NCBI GenBank assembly: GCA_949358305.1
Contig: OX442314.1
Location: forward strand, 17,484,001-17,548,000
Length of the DNA: 64,000 nucleotides
Source of the DNA: Strigamia acuminata
Lineage: Eukaryota
Direction of reading: 5' to 3'
The position numbers and the translations under genes were made by a program. Below, in pieces: positions 1-13,129 of the stretch (position 1 is the stretch's first letter; each line of letters starts with the position of its first letter). The notes beneath the pieces were generated by a model, which saw only the letters and a program-made list of their open reading frames with translations, was not told where the DNA came from and did no database searches.

Positions 1-1028
1 ATGTAATTGAAACAATGATGAATAATTTATTTTTTTCTTTAATACGAATGCTTAAAAGTGTGTTTAAAATTAATCCACTTAAGTAGTTCAATCCAATAAA
101 CGTAATTGAAGCGCATTTATTCAAATTACACTTATTACGCAATGTCAGTTGCTGGTCGTTTCGGCTTCCACTCGTCGACAAATCTTCTCTATTATCTCGC
201 AGTGAAGCAGTACGAACTCGAGTCTTGATCTGCACGGATCAAAATTTTATCTGCGAGTTGAATTGAATAAGAACAAAGCAGAAAAATGCAATTTATTTTT
301 CTTCGTATTCTCAAAATAAAAAAAAATTAAATTAAATTAAATTGCAAAACGAAATTTTTAAAAGGCAACTTTTGCCTTGATATTTTAATACAATTAAAGT
401 TGAAAAAAAATACATTGATGATGCAATGCAGGTGAAGTTTCTGGCTGGCCAGAGTATTTTTGGTAATGATTAATAAAATAACACCTGTGAGTATTAGTTG
501 TGTCGTACGATACATTGCAAACTACACTCCTAAAAAACTAAGTGCATCGTACATGAATTAATAAGATGCTTGTGCTAGTCCTTATTTTAGGAATTATTAC
601 ATTAATCCTAATAGTTGTTTGCATGGGCATTTTCCGGGACAAAATAAAATCGTGGTGCAGCTGCTGCAAAAAATAATTTCCTACCAGAACAACTGGAGAG
701 AACAGTAAAGCAAGTATATAAAAATCCTTATTTAAAATTTGAACTATAAAAAAGTTAATCAATATTGGTTGATTTTACGATAATGTTTTAATTATCCATC
801 TCTGCTCCCATTAATTTTTCAAAGTTTAAAACGCAGAGATGATAATAAATGTGTAAATTGAAAGCTAGATGCTGCTTACATTTTATTGGTCATTCAATAC
901 ACGTGGCATCACTCTCTCTCTCTTGAAAAGAAAGGGTAGGGTAGCTGATGGGACATTCACCCATCTATGAATGCGCGGTTTTCCGTGCGCACTAGTAATA
1001 CTCATTCAAAATCCATTCCAGCTGGAAG

Positions 1029-4000
1029 ATGCAAGGTGCATTAGTGCATATCGTTGTTATTACTATTTTATTATTAAGTACAGTTGACAATGTCCTAAAA
1101 ATATGTTTTCCACGAGGTCCATTTGAGAAATGGAAGCCACCACCTTTGAGTCACGTCCTCTCAGACTCAGACATTGTTTACAGTGTCTCAGCTAATCAAA
1201 TCATCACACAACCCATCATTGCTTTTCTGTGTGACAATGACACACCAATTTCCAATAGTAACGCTAAGTTAATCAACTTTAGTCACCCGATTTTATTTAC
1301 TATTAGTTCTCATATTGTTCCCAACTACGTCAATTCATCTTCTGATTATGATGGACAACTGTGTCAATACGCTGCTAATGATTTCCCGCTTTCTTCCCCT
1401 AGACGTTTTGATAGACAGTGGTCAAGGTACGTCAATAATTACTTCATTTCAATTGTATATTTCTTTCTATTGATTTTTTTTCAATTAGTGTAATTTGCTC
1501 AGAAAAATATAATAAAACCACATTGCCACCTATCAAGATTTATGACAATATGTTAATCGCACAAGGTTTATATCATACTAAACCTACAAGTGAAGCAAGA
1601 GTTTTTCAATTTACACTCGTTGACGATTCCAGTATATCAAATATCACCAACCCTGTGCGAGTAACAGGTGGGAGAATCGTAAATTGTGTTCTGTTTTCTT
1701 CTAACTCGATATTATTTTATTTGTTGATGCCTCATTTTAAACATTTTTATTATTATTGACCAGTTCCAGCAATAAAAATTAGCAGTGCATTTACCTTTTA
1801 ATGAATACGAGTCATGTTGTCAATTATTTTTAAAATTAATCGTTTTACTACAGCGCTTCAAAGTGACCGAGTTTGTTAATTAGCGTTTGATTGAGGTAAT
1901 TTATTGAGATCAGTTTTCGGAACTCACAATCTCGAGGGAGTTTTTCTCGGGTTTTTCAACCTTCGTAGTAAATCAATTCCAAACAAATTGCCAGGGCATT
2001 ATCATTGCAACTTGATGCGGTTTCAAGCAAGTCCTAATTCTACGACGTATTTTATTTACTTAAAAAAATAAATAAATAAATAAAACGTTCCACTTATAGC
2101 GAATTATGAGCCCATAAAGCTCACATTTCTCTAAACGATGCCTATTAGGTTTTGCATTTATTCCTAGCTTAGTTCGTTGCTATTATGCCTATCTTTATTA
2201 AGCAGTCACTGAACTGAAGAGTATGTTGAAGCCAACGTCGTAACTTCTAATCCATAGCAAAGTTATTTACCCATGAACTTTAACTTTAACTACAACTCGA
2301 AAGTGTCCCATTAAATTTGAATAACTCATCCTCCAAACTCAATAGGGAAATCAGAAATGCATGTTAAAAAGAGTGAGAAATACACATAACAGAAAGAAAT
2401 TTTCGCATCTTTTTTTTCTCGTCCAAACAGTTCCAGCTATTCGGTTACGTTGGATTCAGCAGCCACCTTTACGTGTAACAGCAAATACCCCTTTTAATAT
2501 CAGTCTTGACATTTTGGACGTAAATGGCAAAAGAATTACAACTGGTTTAGATTCTACACTTATGATCGATGTTTCTATTTCGAGCGAATTCAAATATTTT
2601 TACAACGTCTCAACTAAAGAAGATTTTATATTTTCATCCGAAGCAAGACTAAGTGGACCAGAAATTGTTACGTCTATGAAAACATACGACCTGGTTTTAC
2701 ATAAAAGAGCGAAGAAAGGTTTCATTACGTTCAAAGATCTGCGTATCTTAGACATTGCGAAGAATTTACGTTTGAATGCAACCATGTCAGTGCCCAAAGG
2801 AGCTTGGCTCCGCCAGCCTAATGACTACAGAGATTTAAAGTAGGCCTGTTGGTCAACACACTCAAGTTAGGTCAACTTGTTGATACGTTTTAACGTTAAT
2901 TAATTATAGAGAAAATAAAGTTTGTGCCGCACTTTATTGCTTCAATATTAATTAACGTAATTAATTTATCGAAAGCTTTATGAGTGTTGACTAATTGAAA
3001 GTGTGCTTGTTAGCTGGAAATCATTAGCTGGAAATCACTATATAGGGTTTTTACTTTAAACTGTTCCAGGCGAGTTATGGAAGAACAAACCTGGAATACT
3101 AAGATCTGTTTAAATCTGGTAAAACCAACTAGACCATGATTCCAAAGTCAAGGGTCAATTTTTATGGTTCCATTGAAATGACCACCTAGTACTTTCTATT
3201 TAACTGTTTCAACAAATTTTTGAATTTCTGGTACGTTCTTTTGCAATTTGCTGAAACACATTAAAGTATATTGTGTCCCATGTTTTCAAATGAAGAAACA
3301 AACTCATGTCGGTTGCTGGCCACTAACAGCTGTTCTAAAATTGTTATTAAAAATAATAATTGTTATTTTTGTTTATTAATTGCGAGTAATTTTGAATTGA
3401 CGGTAAAGATATCAGTAGTGATTTTCAACATGCATGAAATACATGAAATAAATGGAAATTATACTGTTGATATTTAACACCAAAAATTGTGTTTAGCTGC
3501 AGAAAGCAATCAGATACACGTTCAGTGGGACAATCTATTGATTGGGATAAAGGTGAAGGCATATACACATATGACAGTCAATGTCTAGAAAATCTCAACA
3601 ACGTGGATGGAAAAGGTGGATCTTTGTCGTTTAGTTCACACTTCGAAGTATTACCTCAGACAGCGGCCCAAATTGTATTGTTACAAGAACCTAAAGAATT
3701 TAGCTTCACTGCTAATTTCCCAATTGGTGGTTTGAGAATTGAATTAAGAGACGTGAATGAAAACAGAATTTATTCTGGACTCGACGCAACTTTGGTACAA
3801 CGAGTTATTAAATTTTAAAAATTGAAATTTAAAAAAAAAATTGTTTTTGTCTAGTTAATACAAGTTGAAACCGATCCAGTTGAAGCATGTATATCTTCTG
3901 ATTCTGCGTTTAAGACCGTTGAAGGCTTAGGGGTTTTTTCAGGCTCTATTTGTCAACCAATTGATGATTTACGATTACTATTTAAGACGTCCAGTCGGAT

Positions 4001-7000
4001 AACACGTGCTAAACTGCGGACACGGAAAACAATTTACTTGAATATTACTGGCATGATATAATATTACATTTATCGTTGAATAAAGCGCTCGATATTAAAG
4101 TTTGTAATTCCAGACCACATTCATCTTGCAACATTTGCTCATCTTAGTACATCGGGCTCAACGTCCGATCCCGATCCGCATATCGACACCTTTGCCAGAT
4201 TTGCTGCTGAAGATCTGAATGCGGGAATTTATCCGAACCTTCTTCCAAGTAATAACAAAATCAAGAATAAAATCGATTTCCGTGAAATTTCAAGCAAAAT
4301 TTGTTTGCAGATAGAAAACTTGTAGTACATTCATTCGATACTGAAAGGAGTGTGGCCACTACGTATAAACATTATATGAAATTACATCAACACGGGGAGG
4401 TAAAAGTAGTTGTTTTTTGTGGTGCAATTAATAGCAAACTTAATCCCGTCTTTTTGTCTCCTAGAAACATCCGAATGAACGTGTCCAAGGGATTATTGGT
4501 TTTTCATCAGATCACATTACATTGACTCTGACTCCTCTATTGAACCAAGACGAGATGCCACTCATGGGAGTTCGTGACATAATGAATCAATTCAGTGACA
4601 AAGTAAATTGTGGTTTGTAATGTTGTGTAGTGTAATTACCTTTTATTAATTTATTGAGGCTTTATATCCGTATTTTAACCGCGTGTGTTGGAACGAACGA
4701 TCGATTTTTAAAAGTCTCGCATTGATGTTCAAGCGACGTGGATGGAATAAAATAGTAACCCAATTAACGAATATATTCTAAAAGTAAATACAATTTCCTG
4801 TTTATAAGGTTGTTGTGCGATCTACTGCCTCAGACTTATCAAACGTGTTTTTCCGACAAATGTTGGAAGATGGAATAGAAATCGTAATGGATGTAAATTA
4901 CATTTTCGTCCGAAAAAATTATGATTTCTTACCTATGAATTACTACTGCATTCTCAGATAATAATACCAGAGTTGCCAGAAGAAGAATGGCTGCAATTAG
5001 ATGTGCTTAAAACAAAAATGAAGGAAATCCAGAGAGCAAAAACCAAAATTATTTTTTGTTATGTCAGGGCACCTTTACAATACCTCGTTTATAGTCAAGC
5101 AATTCGGTAAGTTTCGAATTTTAAAAAAAAATTTCCTTAATTTTATTTATTAATTTTTTTGAAAAGATATAATGTTGCTTGTATCCACGGTTACCAATGG
5201 GTGTCTGCTGAAATCCCAGCTTGGGAATTTCCCTTTCAGAACCAGTCTCCTGTATGCTTAAGGGTATGTCACGTTACAATTATCTCAAGCTATCACTTCG
5301 TTTCCCCTTAAAAAGATAATTAGGAAATTGAATTGCTCTTTTATCCTTAGTAGTAGTAAATTTATTCACTTAATAAATAATAAAATTTGCATTTGAATTA
5401 GACGGGAGAAAAAGTGGAAAACAACTTCCCATCTATAGTATAACAATTTTTTAAATTGTTTTCAAGGAACCTTATCACTGCACATTAGGAATGAACGGAA
5501 TGATGTTGATTGCCAGTGGATATTTTGTTAATGGCTACACTAGCTCAATTTGGCAACGACTTTATAAAAAGCACTTTGAAGTTGACAAAGTGTTTTATCG
5601 TGGTATAACAAAAGCTCGATTCTTTGAAGTAAATTACTAGACATTCAAATTGTAAATGGCTGTGACAAAATAATCATTTGATAGGTAGGAGCCGAGTATG
5701 GAAAAGCATATGACGCAGCTTTGACGTATGCGCATGCAATGACTGAATTTATTCGAGCGAATAAAACAATTACTGGACCTCGTCTAGCTAAAAAAATCCG
5801 ACAGGTTTTTAACCAACAGAAATTTACGCAAATTGCTTTTATTTTTATTATGTAATTATATTAAAGGTGTCATTCAAAGGACTAACTGGTGATATTAGAT
5901 TTGATAATAAAGGCGATCGGCCTGGATTTATGGCATTTATTGTATCTGTTCGCAACGGTTCCTCTAAAGACACGGCTCCTGCACTTGTAAGAATATTATA
6001 TGCAAAAATCACTAAAATATGTTTATTTTATAAATTTATTTTATCAAAAAACATTTTATATCAAAGCAAATTGAAAAATCTCAGTGCGTCATTTTGCATT
6101 CCTTCATGTATTAATAATCCATAAAATAAATCAATTTTAGACAGCGCAATTCAGCAGATATATATTTCTGGATAATGAGTACGAAGGAAATCAATCAGAA
6201 GTATTGATGCAAGCTTCTGTCGATATAGAAGCAATCGGTAAAAAGTATGGCGATTTACAATTGCCAAATACAAGTTTTCTGAATAGAAAAAGGTAGCTTT
6301 GGAATTTAAATTAAATCAACTCAAAAATTTGATAATTTATTTTCTTTTTACTTTTATTCTAGTTATTTATCCCGTGAGGGAATGATCAGCCGCGACACTC
6401 AAGAAATAATCGACGGAACTGATCGAAAAATTAGAACAGAGTACGTTGTTGCACCTTTTTACTGCTCTTTGGGCTGTGGAGGGAAACGATTGAATCCAGC
6501 AGATATTACCGTGTATGAACATGGATACTGCGTCGATCAAGATTTTTGCCAGTAAATCAATGTTTGACAAACGTTTTTACGACAAAGATTATTAAATTTG
6601 GAATTTCTTTTTTATATACAAGATGTCATTTGATTAAAGATGTTCGGCCAGACATAACTAACCCTAATTTAACCATAAGCCCGGCTTATTCGGGCCCGGA
6701 TTGCTCGAGAGTTTTATGTATTCAATGTAAACATGGTTTGTGTGTGCAACCCGAGGTTTGTTTGTGTGACCAAGGCTGGGAAGGTCCTAGTTGCACAGAA
6801 GCAATATGCAGGTAAAATTGTGCACAAAAAAATTAAAATAAATCTTTTTCTAAATACTAAATATTGTTTTCAGGGGCGGTTGCATACACGGCACATGCAA
6901 TTCGCCCAACTTTTGTGATTGCCATCGTGGATTTATAGGAACCTACTGCCATCTTGAGATTGTGTTGGTTGTGGTTCCTTTAGTTATTGGCGGAATTGGT

Positions 7001-9541
7001 TCAATTTCCCTAATTCTTTTACTTTTACTCTGGTATAAGAAAAGGCAAGTTTTAACTGCAATCTTGTACCAACAACTTCCAATTTTAAAAACATGTTTCG
7101 AGTTATTTCAGATTAACTGTACGAGCCCAGCTTGAAAACCTGGATTGGTTGGTAGATTGGAATGATGTAGTGACAATGCCAAATACTACCAGTACTACAA
7201 GTAATTTAAGCGCAAGCAATCATAGCATGATTGTGAACAGTAAAGGACATATTGTTCATTGGAAATCGCAGAGATGTTATTCAAAAGTAAAATATTAATT
7301 TTTAACTTTTTTTTTACTAATTAGTAAGTAAATTTTAAAAAAAAAATTTGTTTTTTAAATTTAGTTTTTTAATTACAAAGAGCCAACTGACATTTTACTC
7401 GACAACATTAAATTTCGTGAAGAAATTATGTATTTAAGGAAATTGAACCATGGAAATATCGTTCGATTTCTTGGATTATGTTTGACACCTTGTGTAGCTC
7501 TGTTATTGGAATTTGTCCCCAAAGTAAACTAAAACGATGATCGGATAATTCAATTTACACCTATGTGTTATAATTTTAATTATAATTTCAGGGGAGTTTG
7601 CAAGATTTACTCGCTAGTAAAAACGTAAAAATAACGTGGGAAATCAAGTACTCACTAATCAGAGAAATTTGCCAGGGAATGCATTATCTGCACACCTCAG
7701 AACTTGGGCTGCATGGTGAACTGACATCCTCTGTTTGTTTAATTGACAACAGGTGGACATGCAAAATTTCAGGTTAGTTTATTTATGGACTTGTGAACAC
7801 AGTTTAATCTTTCTTTTTAGGATTTGGCCTATCGTTATTGAGAAAATCGAAGAAAACACACGATAAGACGTAAGAAATGTTATTATTATTGGTTAAAGTG
7901 GCTTCAGTGCCAACCTAACTCTAAATCACAAAATACAGAAAATGTTTTTGGAAAGCGCCAGAAATATTAAGAGACCCAGTCCAAAAACCAAGCAAACAAG
8001 GCGATATGTATTCGTGAGTGCCGTTACCACGTTCTGTTATGATTAAAACTAATCCTAAGCTGAATCTTTTTTAGATTTGGAATAATTCTCAATGAGATCT
8101 GTACCAACGAGTTACCATTTTCAGCAGAATTACAATATTTTACCCAGAGTGAAGTTATAACTATTTTAAAAACTTTTGGAGAAGAAATTAATAACTCATT
8201 ACAAAAGGTTCAAGAATAATTATACTGACAAAAAAAATCAGCATAATAAATTAATTAAATGTTCTATCAAACTTCAGAAGTGGCAATCTCTTGACAACAG
8301 TGTGTTTCTCCCGTTACGACCTCACATACCAGAAGAATCATTACCCGAATCAAGTTTAGCTCAAAAAGGAATTATTAAAGTAAATATATATAAAAATAAC
8401 ACACACATATAGAAAAAAAGGTAATGTCTGTTTTAGTTAATGAACAATGCGTGGAACGAAGATCCTGAATTAAGGCCATCTTTTCGACAAGCTATTGGCG
8501 AACTAAACCGAATAAATCAACCAAAAGATGGACTTGTTGACAATCTTATAAACAGAGTAACCTAAGCAATCTATTTTAACGTTTTATAACACCTCAGTTG
8601 TTTTTTTGTTTTTTATTTTTTTTTAAGCTGGAAGAATACTCAGCATCATTGGAAGAAACCGTCCTTGAAAGGACTTTTGAATTACAAGAGGAACAAAGAA
8701 AAAGCGAAGAACTATTGTGCCAAATGTTACCCAGAAATATAGTAGAGAGTTTGAAACGAAACAACACAATCGAACCAGAAACATACAGTTCCGTCACAAT
8801 CTTCTTCAGCGACATAGTTGATTTTACGTCACTCGCCAGTCACAGCTCACCCATGCAAATAGTGGAAATGCTCAACGATCTTTATTCCCACTTCGACTCA
8901 ATCATTGGAAACTACGATGTATACAAAGTGGAGACGATCGGAGATGCATGTATAAGCAATTCAAAATCACGAACTAACCATTGAATCAATTTACCAATTA
9001 CTATTTAATTTTTTATTTTCTCATTAGATATGGTTGTGAGTGGGCTATCATTCTGCAATAGCAAATCACACGCTGGCGAAATCGCTACAATGGCGCTTCA
9101 CATGTTATCCGAGATACGGAATTTCCGCATAAGCCACAAGCCGCAGGAAGTTTTAAAACTTCGCATTGGTGTGCATTCGGGAGCGATAGTGGCTGGGATT
9201 GTGGGAATTAAAATGCCTCGATACTGTTTGTTTGGAGATACCGTGAATACAGCATCTCGCATGGAATCTACCGGCGAAGGTATAGCAATACGGCATAGTA
9301 CATTTAGTCGTAAATGCGCCTAGTACTTTGTAATTTTTCCTACAATAATTACTGATTTTTTGTTTCTCTAGCTTTCCGGATTCATATGAGTGAAGCAAGT
9401 ACAAAATTATTGCAAGAACTTGGAGGATACGAAATCGATTGCCGCGGCTTGCGTACTGTTAAAGGCAAAGGCACTATGATAACTTATTGGCTGAATGGAA
9501 AAACTGAATCTAAAAACATCACGGCAAAGATACACATATAA
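1029..9541 (+). CDS. Receptor-type (membrane) guanylyl cyclase, about 30 exons: signal peptide, long N-terminal extension, ANF-receptor-type ligand-binding domain, 3 EGF-like repeats, TM, kinase-homology domain, cyclase domain
   Basis: Exons splice in frame from the ATG at 1029 to the TAA at 9539-9541. Cyclase motifs: [55 protein letters not shown] (Glu and Cys are the GTP-specifying residues). Coiled-coil [28 protein letters not shown]. Pseudokinase [52 protein letters not shown] at ~6958-7037. ANF-like motifs AAEDLN..LLP and [16 protein letters not shown]. Confidence 0.92.
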
Positions 9542-9932
9542 ACAATCAAGGATTAATTATCAAACGTGGAAAATTAATATTTATTATAATTTTTTTCTAA
9601 AATCTTTTGATATTGGATTTTTTTCATTATAACCAGATTATTATCAACTTATGTGGTGTATAATATATTAATAACTATTCGTGTGACGGTTTTTTAATGT
9701 TACGTCAATGTTGTAAAACTGTAATTAACAAAAATATCACAGAATTACAGTATATAACGAATAAACTCGATGTAAATAAACGATATATTTGAAAGGCGAT
9801 ATTATTTTCCTATGAATCACGAGTTCTGACAAAATATGGACTTGCTGTGCGGCCACTACAAACAAACCCAAAACACTTTTATAATAAGATTTGATCAAAT
9901 CTATGATTACTGGCCACAAAAGTTAATTATTC

Positions 9933-11232
9933 TTACTTGTGGGGAGTTATTAATCGATAATAATACACAATCATTACGCCACCAACAAATGCTTGACATA
10001 TCATGTCCAAATAAAACCAATTGCTATTCACTTCTTCAATTGCAATAATATCCGTAACGAGTTTAATAGAAATATAAACTCCTCCAATTATGGTTAGATG
10101 GACATACAGATAAAACCTGCAAAGTCGAGAACAAGGACTTCAGAAACAGTCACTAGAAAAGGAATACAAATTAAATTACTTATTAAATAACTTACTGTTC
10201 ATGCAATGCAGAATCTTGAGCTCGTTTCTGGTGACTGAATTGTGATTTGACGAGGCGCAGAACTAAGCTATTGATTATTATCACGCTAATAATAAACGTG
10301 TCCAAAATTGCGTTTGAATATTGTCCATTTGTTAGCAAAAAGTCGCACGAATCACGGAAATAATGAACCGTGTTACTGGAGTAGAGTCTTTCAAACCATA
10401 GTGGTAGCAACGACACTACAAATGGCAAATATTTGGTGCACTGCAACGGTTTGATGGAATGTAAGTTTTGACAAAGTTCAAAAATTTGAAAACTCATCCA
10501 TAGAAATGCAGTGATGAAGAAATATTTTTCCAAACAAAATAATAGTGGTTTGGGGCACGTCCACAGGTAGTTCAGGGTCTGAAAAATGTAGCCGAAAAAC
10601 AAAGTTGCGGGGAAAACACTAACAACTTTCGGCCTCTTCAAGCGAATTAAAAGATGGCATAATAATAATAATAATAATAGCACCGATATAATGCACAACA
10701 TGCCATTGTATAATTTCAACGGTGTTGCGCTCAACTTTGGATAACACACGACAGCGTGATCATCTTTCATTAAAAATTCGCCATACGATGCTACTTGTCG
10801 GATCGACTTCACCCATAATTGTCTACTGTGGTCTAAAAAATGAATATTTTCTTTCGGAACCAGGTGGTATTTTTGTGATGAGAAGCAATTGTCCACGGGA
10901 TAACAAACTGTGACTCCAAAGTTGTTATGAACGAAAGAATCTTCTCCATAATAATTGGTTGGTGATAAGAGGAGACCTCCACTACTGCTTATCGCGTACT
11001 CATCGGGATAAAAGTTCAAGGCTTTATATTGTACCTTATCAGGGAAAATAGTTTTGTTGAGGTTGTCAACGCCTATGAGTCCTGCGCAAACATTAAAGCA
11101 ATCTGAACGTTTACCGAATACATCACCACCGGTACAGTGACTGGAAGCCATTTTGACGCTATCTCTAAAAGGTGGAATTGAGGGAATTGCGCGATGCAAA
11201 TGGGGGAAGTACATAAAAATTAAAAAATTCAT
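9933..11232 (-). CDS. Divergent Methuselah-like (family B3) GPCR, 2 exons
   Basis: 346-aa ORF with a Cys-containing ectodomain followed by hydrophobic helices, including KYFFITAFLWMSFQIFEL (Mth-type TM3). A GT-AG intron at ~10127-10194 joins a second exon (QFYLYVHLTIIGGVYISI...FVGGVMIVYYYRLITPHK*), which supplies the last two helices. Confidence 0.65.
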
Positions 11233-11298
11233 TATTTCGTGGACATTCGCGACTTAATGAAAAAAAATTCATTATTTCGTAGACATTCGCGACTTAAT
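11223..11298. repeat. 40-bp tandem duplication spanning the Mth-like start codon
   Basis: aaaaattcattatttcgt(g/a)gacattcgcgacttaat occurs twice with a period of 40 and one mismatch. Confidence 0.9.
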
Positions 11299-12062
11299 TC
11301 AACAAATTCATACTACGTAAATTTTATTCATAATATTACACAATAAATCCATCTGTTGTATCATTTTTTTTAGTATTTCTCGTAATTAAAATTTGCTTTT
11401 CAATATTGTGACAATTCTGGTTTCCAAATTTCTTATATAAAACAACCAACTTCAATTTGCCTTTGTCATTCTAGCTTTATCGGATAATCCAGCAGGATTG
11501 ACTTCGAGTTATCTATAAAAGAAATAAAAATGAAGTAAAATTATACAATTAAAAAGAACCACCTAAACATGTATTGTATTCATAATAACCAAATTCAAGA
11601 ACAATTTGAAATATTTTTTCCTAAGTATTTTTAAGCAGACAATCAACAAAAAACGCTTAAAAGAATTTTTAAACTATCAAATCACAACTTCACTACTATT
11701 ATTTCCTTTTAAAAAAATTTGCTAATCTTTAACTTCACAGTAATAATATTTTTAATTCAATATTTCATCAAATTAATCTAAATTTTCTCTCGTGTGTTTT
11801 TTTTTTTACAAGTTTCGTAGATGTGCAAAATATATTACAATTACCTCATGTTTTACGTGAAAGAAAATTTCAAGTTTAAAAAATAACAAAAAATTAAGCA
11901 CAATAAACTACATTTCTTAAATAACATTATAAATACAAGCAGCAGACTAATTTAAGTAAAAATCCTCCTGCTGGATACAAGTTAAGTTAAGCTAATCGAT
12001 CCGATTAGAAATCTTAACAACCGAGTAGTTCTCGATTTAATCTAACCATTCAATTTCATCTT

Positions 12063-13097
12063 TCAAACTCCCTCCAAGTGTTCGATTTCTCCCACATTGA
12101 TGCGGTCGATGGCAGCATGGACGGTGAAGCCTAAAATGCTGTTGTCCACTTTTTGCATTTTGTTCTTCTTCTTCTTCTTCTGTCCAGCTCTTTGACCGTC
12201 TTCGGAATTCTGCATCGGCTGAGTTTTATTCGCTGGATTGATAGCAGGAGCAGGTCCCCACATATTTTCCTACAAAATTAACATTAATTACATAAATTCA
12301 CATCAAATCATATCCACAAATCCTTTGTACAACCTCTTCGTGTTTTTTGGCGCGATTTTTATGCTTGCTTCGACGTTCCAAAAATTCCTTAGCAAAATCT
12401 TGTGCCTCTTTGTTCTCACCTAGGTACGATCGAACGTAATCATGAACATCGAACGATGACTCGACATCTTTTAAGAAGGCCACAAAAGTTGGAACTGTAA
12501 ATTCAACATCATATAGTAGTTGGAAAACGAGTCGCAATGTTTCCACAACACGTACTATCAACGGTAGACTGAAGAGCACTTAGAGCTTGGATGCACCATT
12601 GTGTGAATTCGTCAGTCTTCTGAGTACGAGATTCGAAAATTTTCAAAACAGCGTCCTCTTCTTTCTTATTGCGGGTGTTCTTAGGAGTCTTACTCGCGCC
12701 GCTCGTGCTATTAAAATGCGCATTCTGAGTCACATTGGACGACGGTTCTCTGTTAACGTACAAGTTCCACCTTTTAGCAATCTTTCCGTTAATTTCCCAC
12801 GTTAAAACTCACGTAATTTTGTTAGCACGACTCGTGCGGTTGGCAGCAGCCAGGGCATCATCCCAAAAACCACCAGCAGCTGTACTGTTAGTAGCCACGG
12901 TCTCCGAGCCCCACTTCGATGCTGGTTGGCTAGATGCAGTGGCTGTTGTAGTAGCCCACGATAAATGTGTACTCGCATTGCTCCAGACGCCAGCGTTCAA
13001 CAGAGAAACGTTCTAAAATAAAATAATTCGTTAAATTGATTCGATTAAAATTTTGCAACACAATAAATTCACATTTTGCGCTTTCTGTTGCGATTGT

Positions 13098-13129
<32 letters not shown>

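Noticed and set aside
327..762. Two short - strand ORFs at the window start
   Set aside because: AT-rich, with no recognisable motifs or consistent splice structure.
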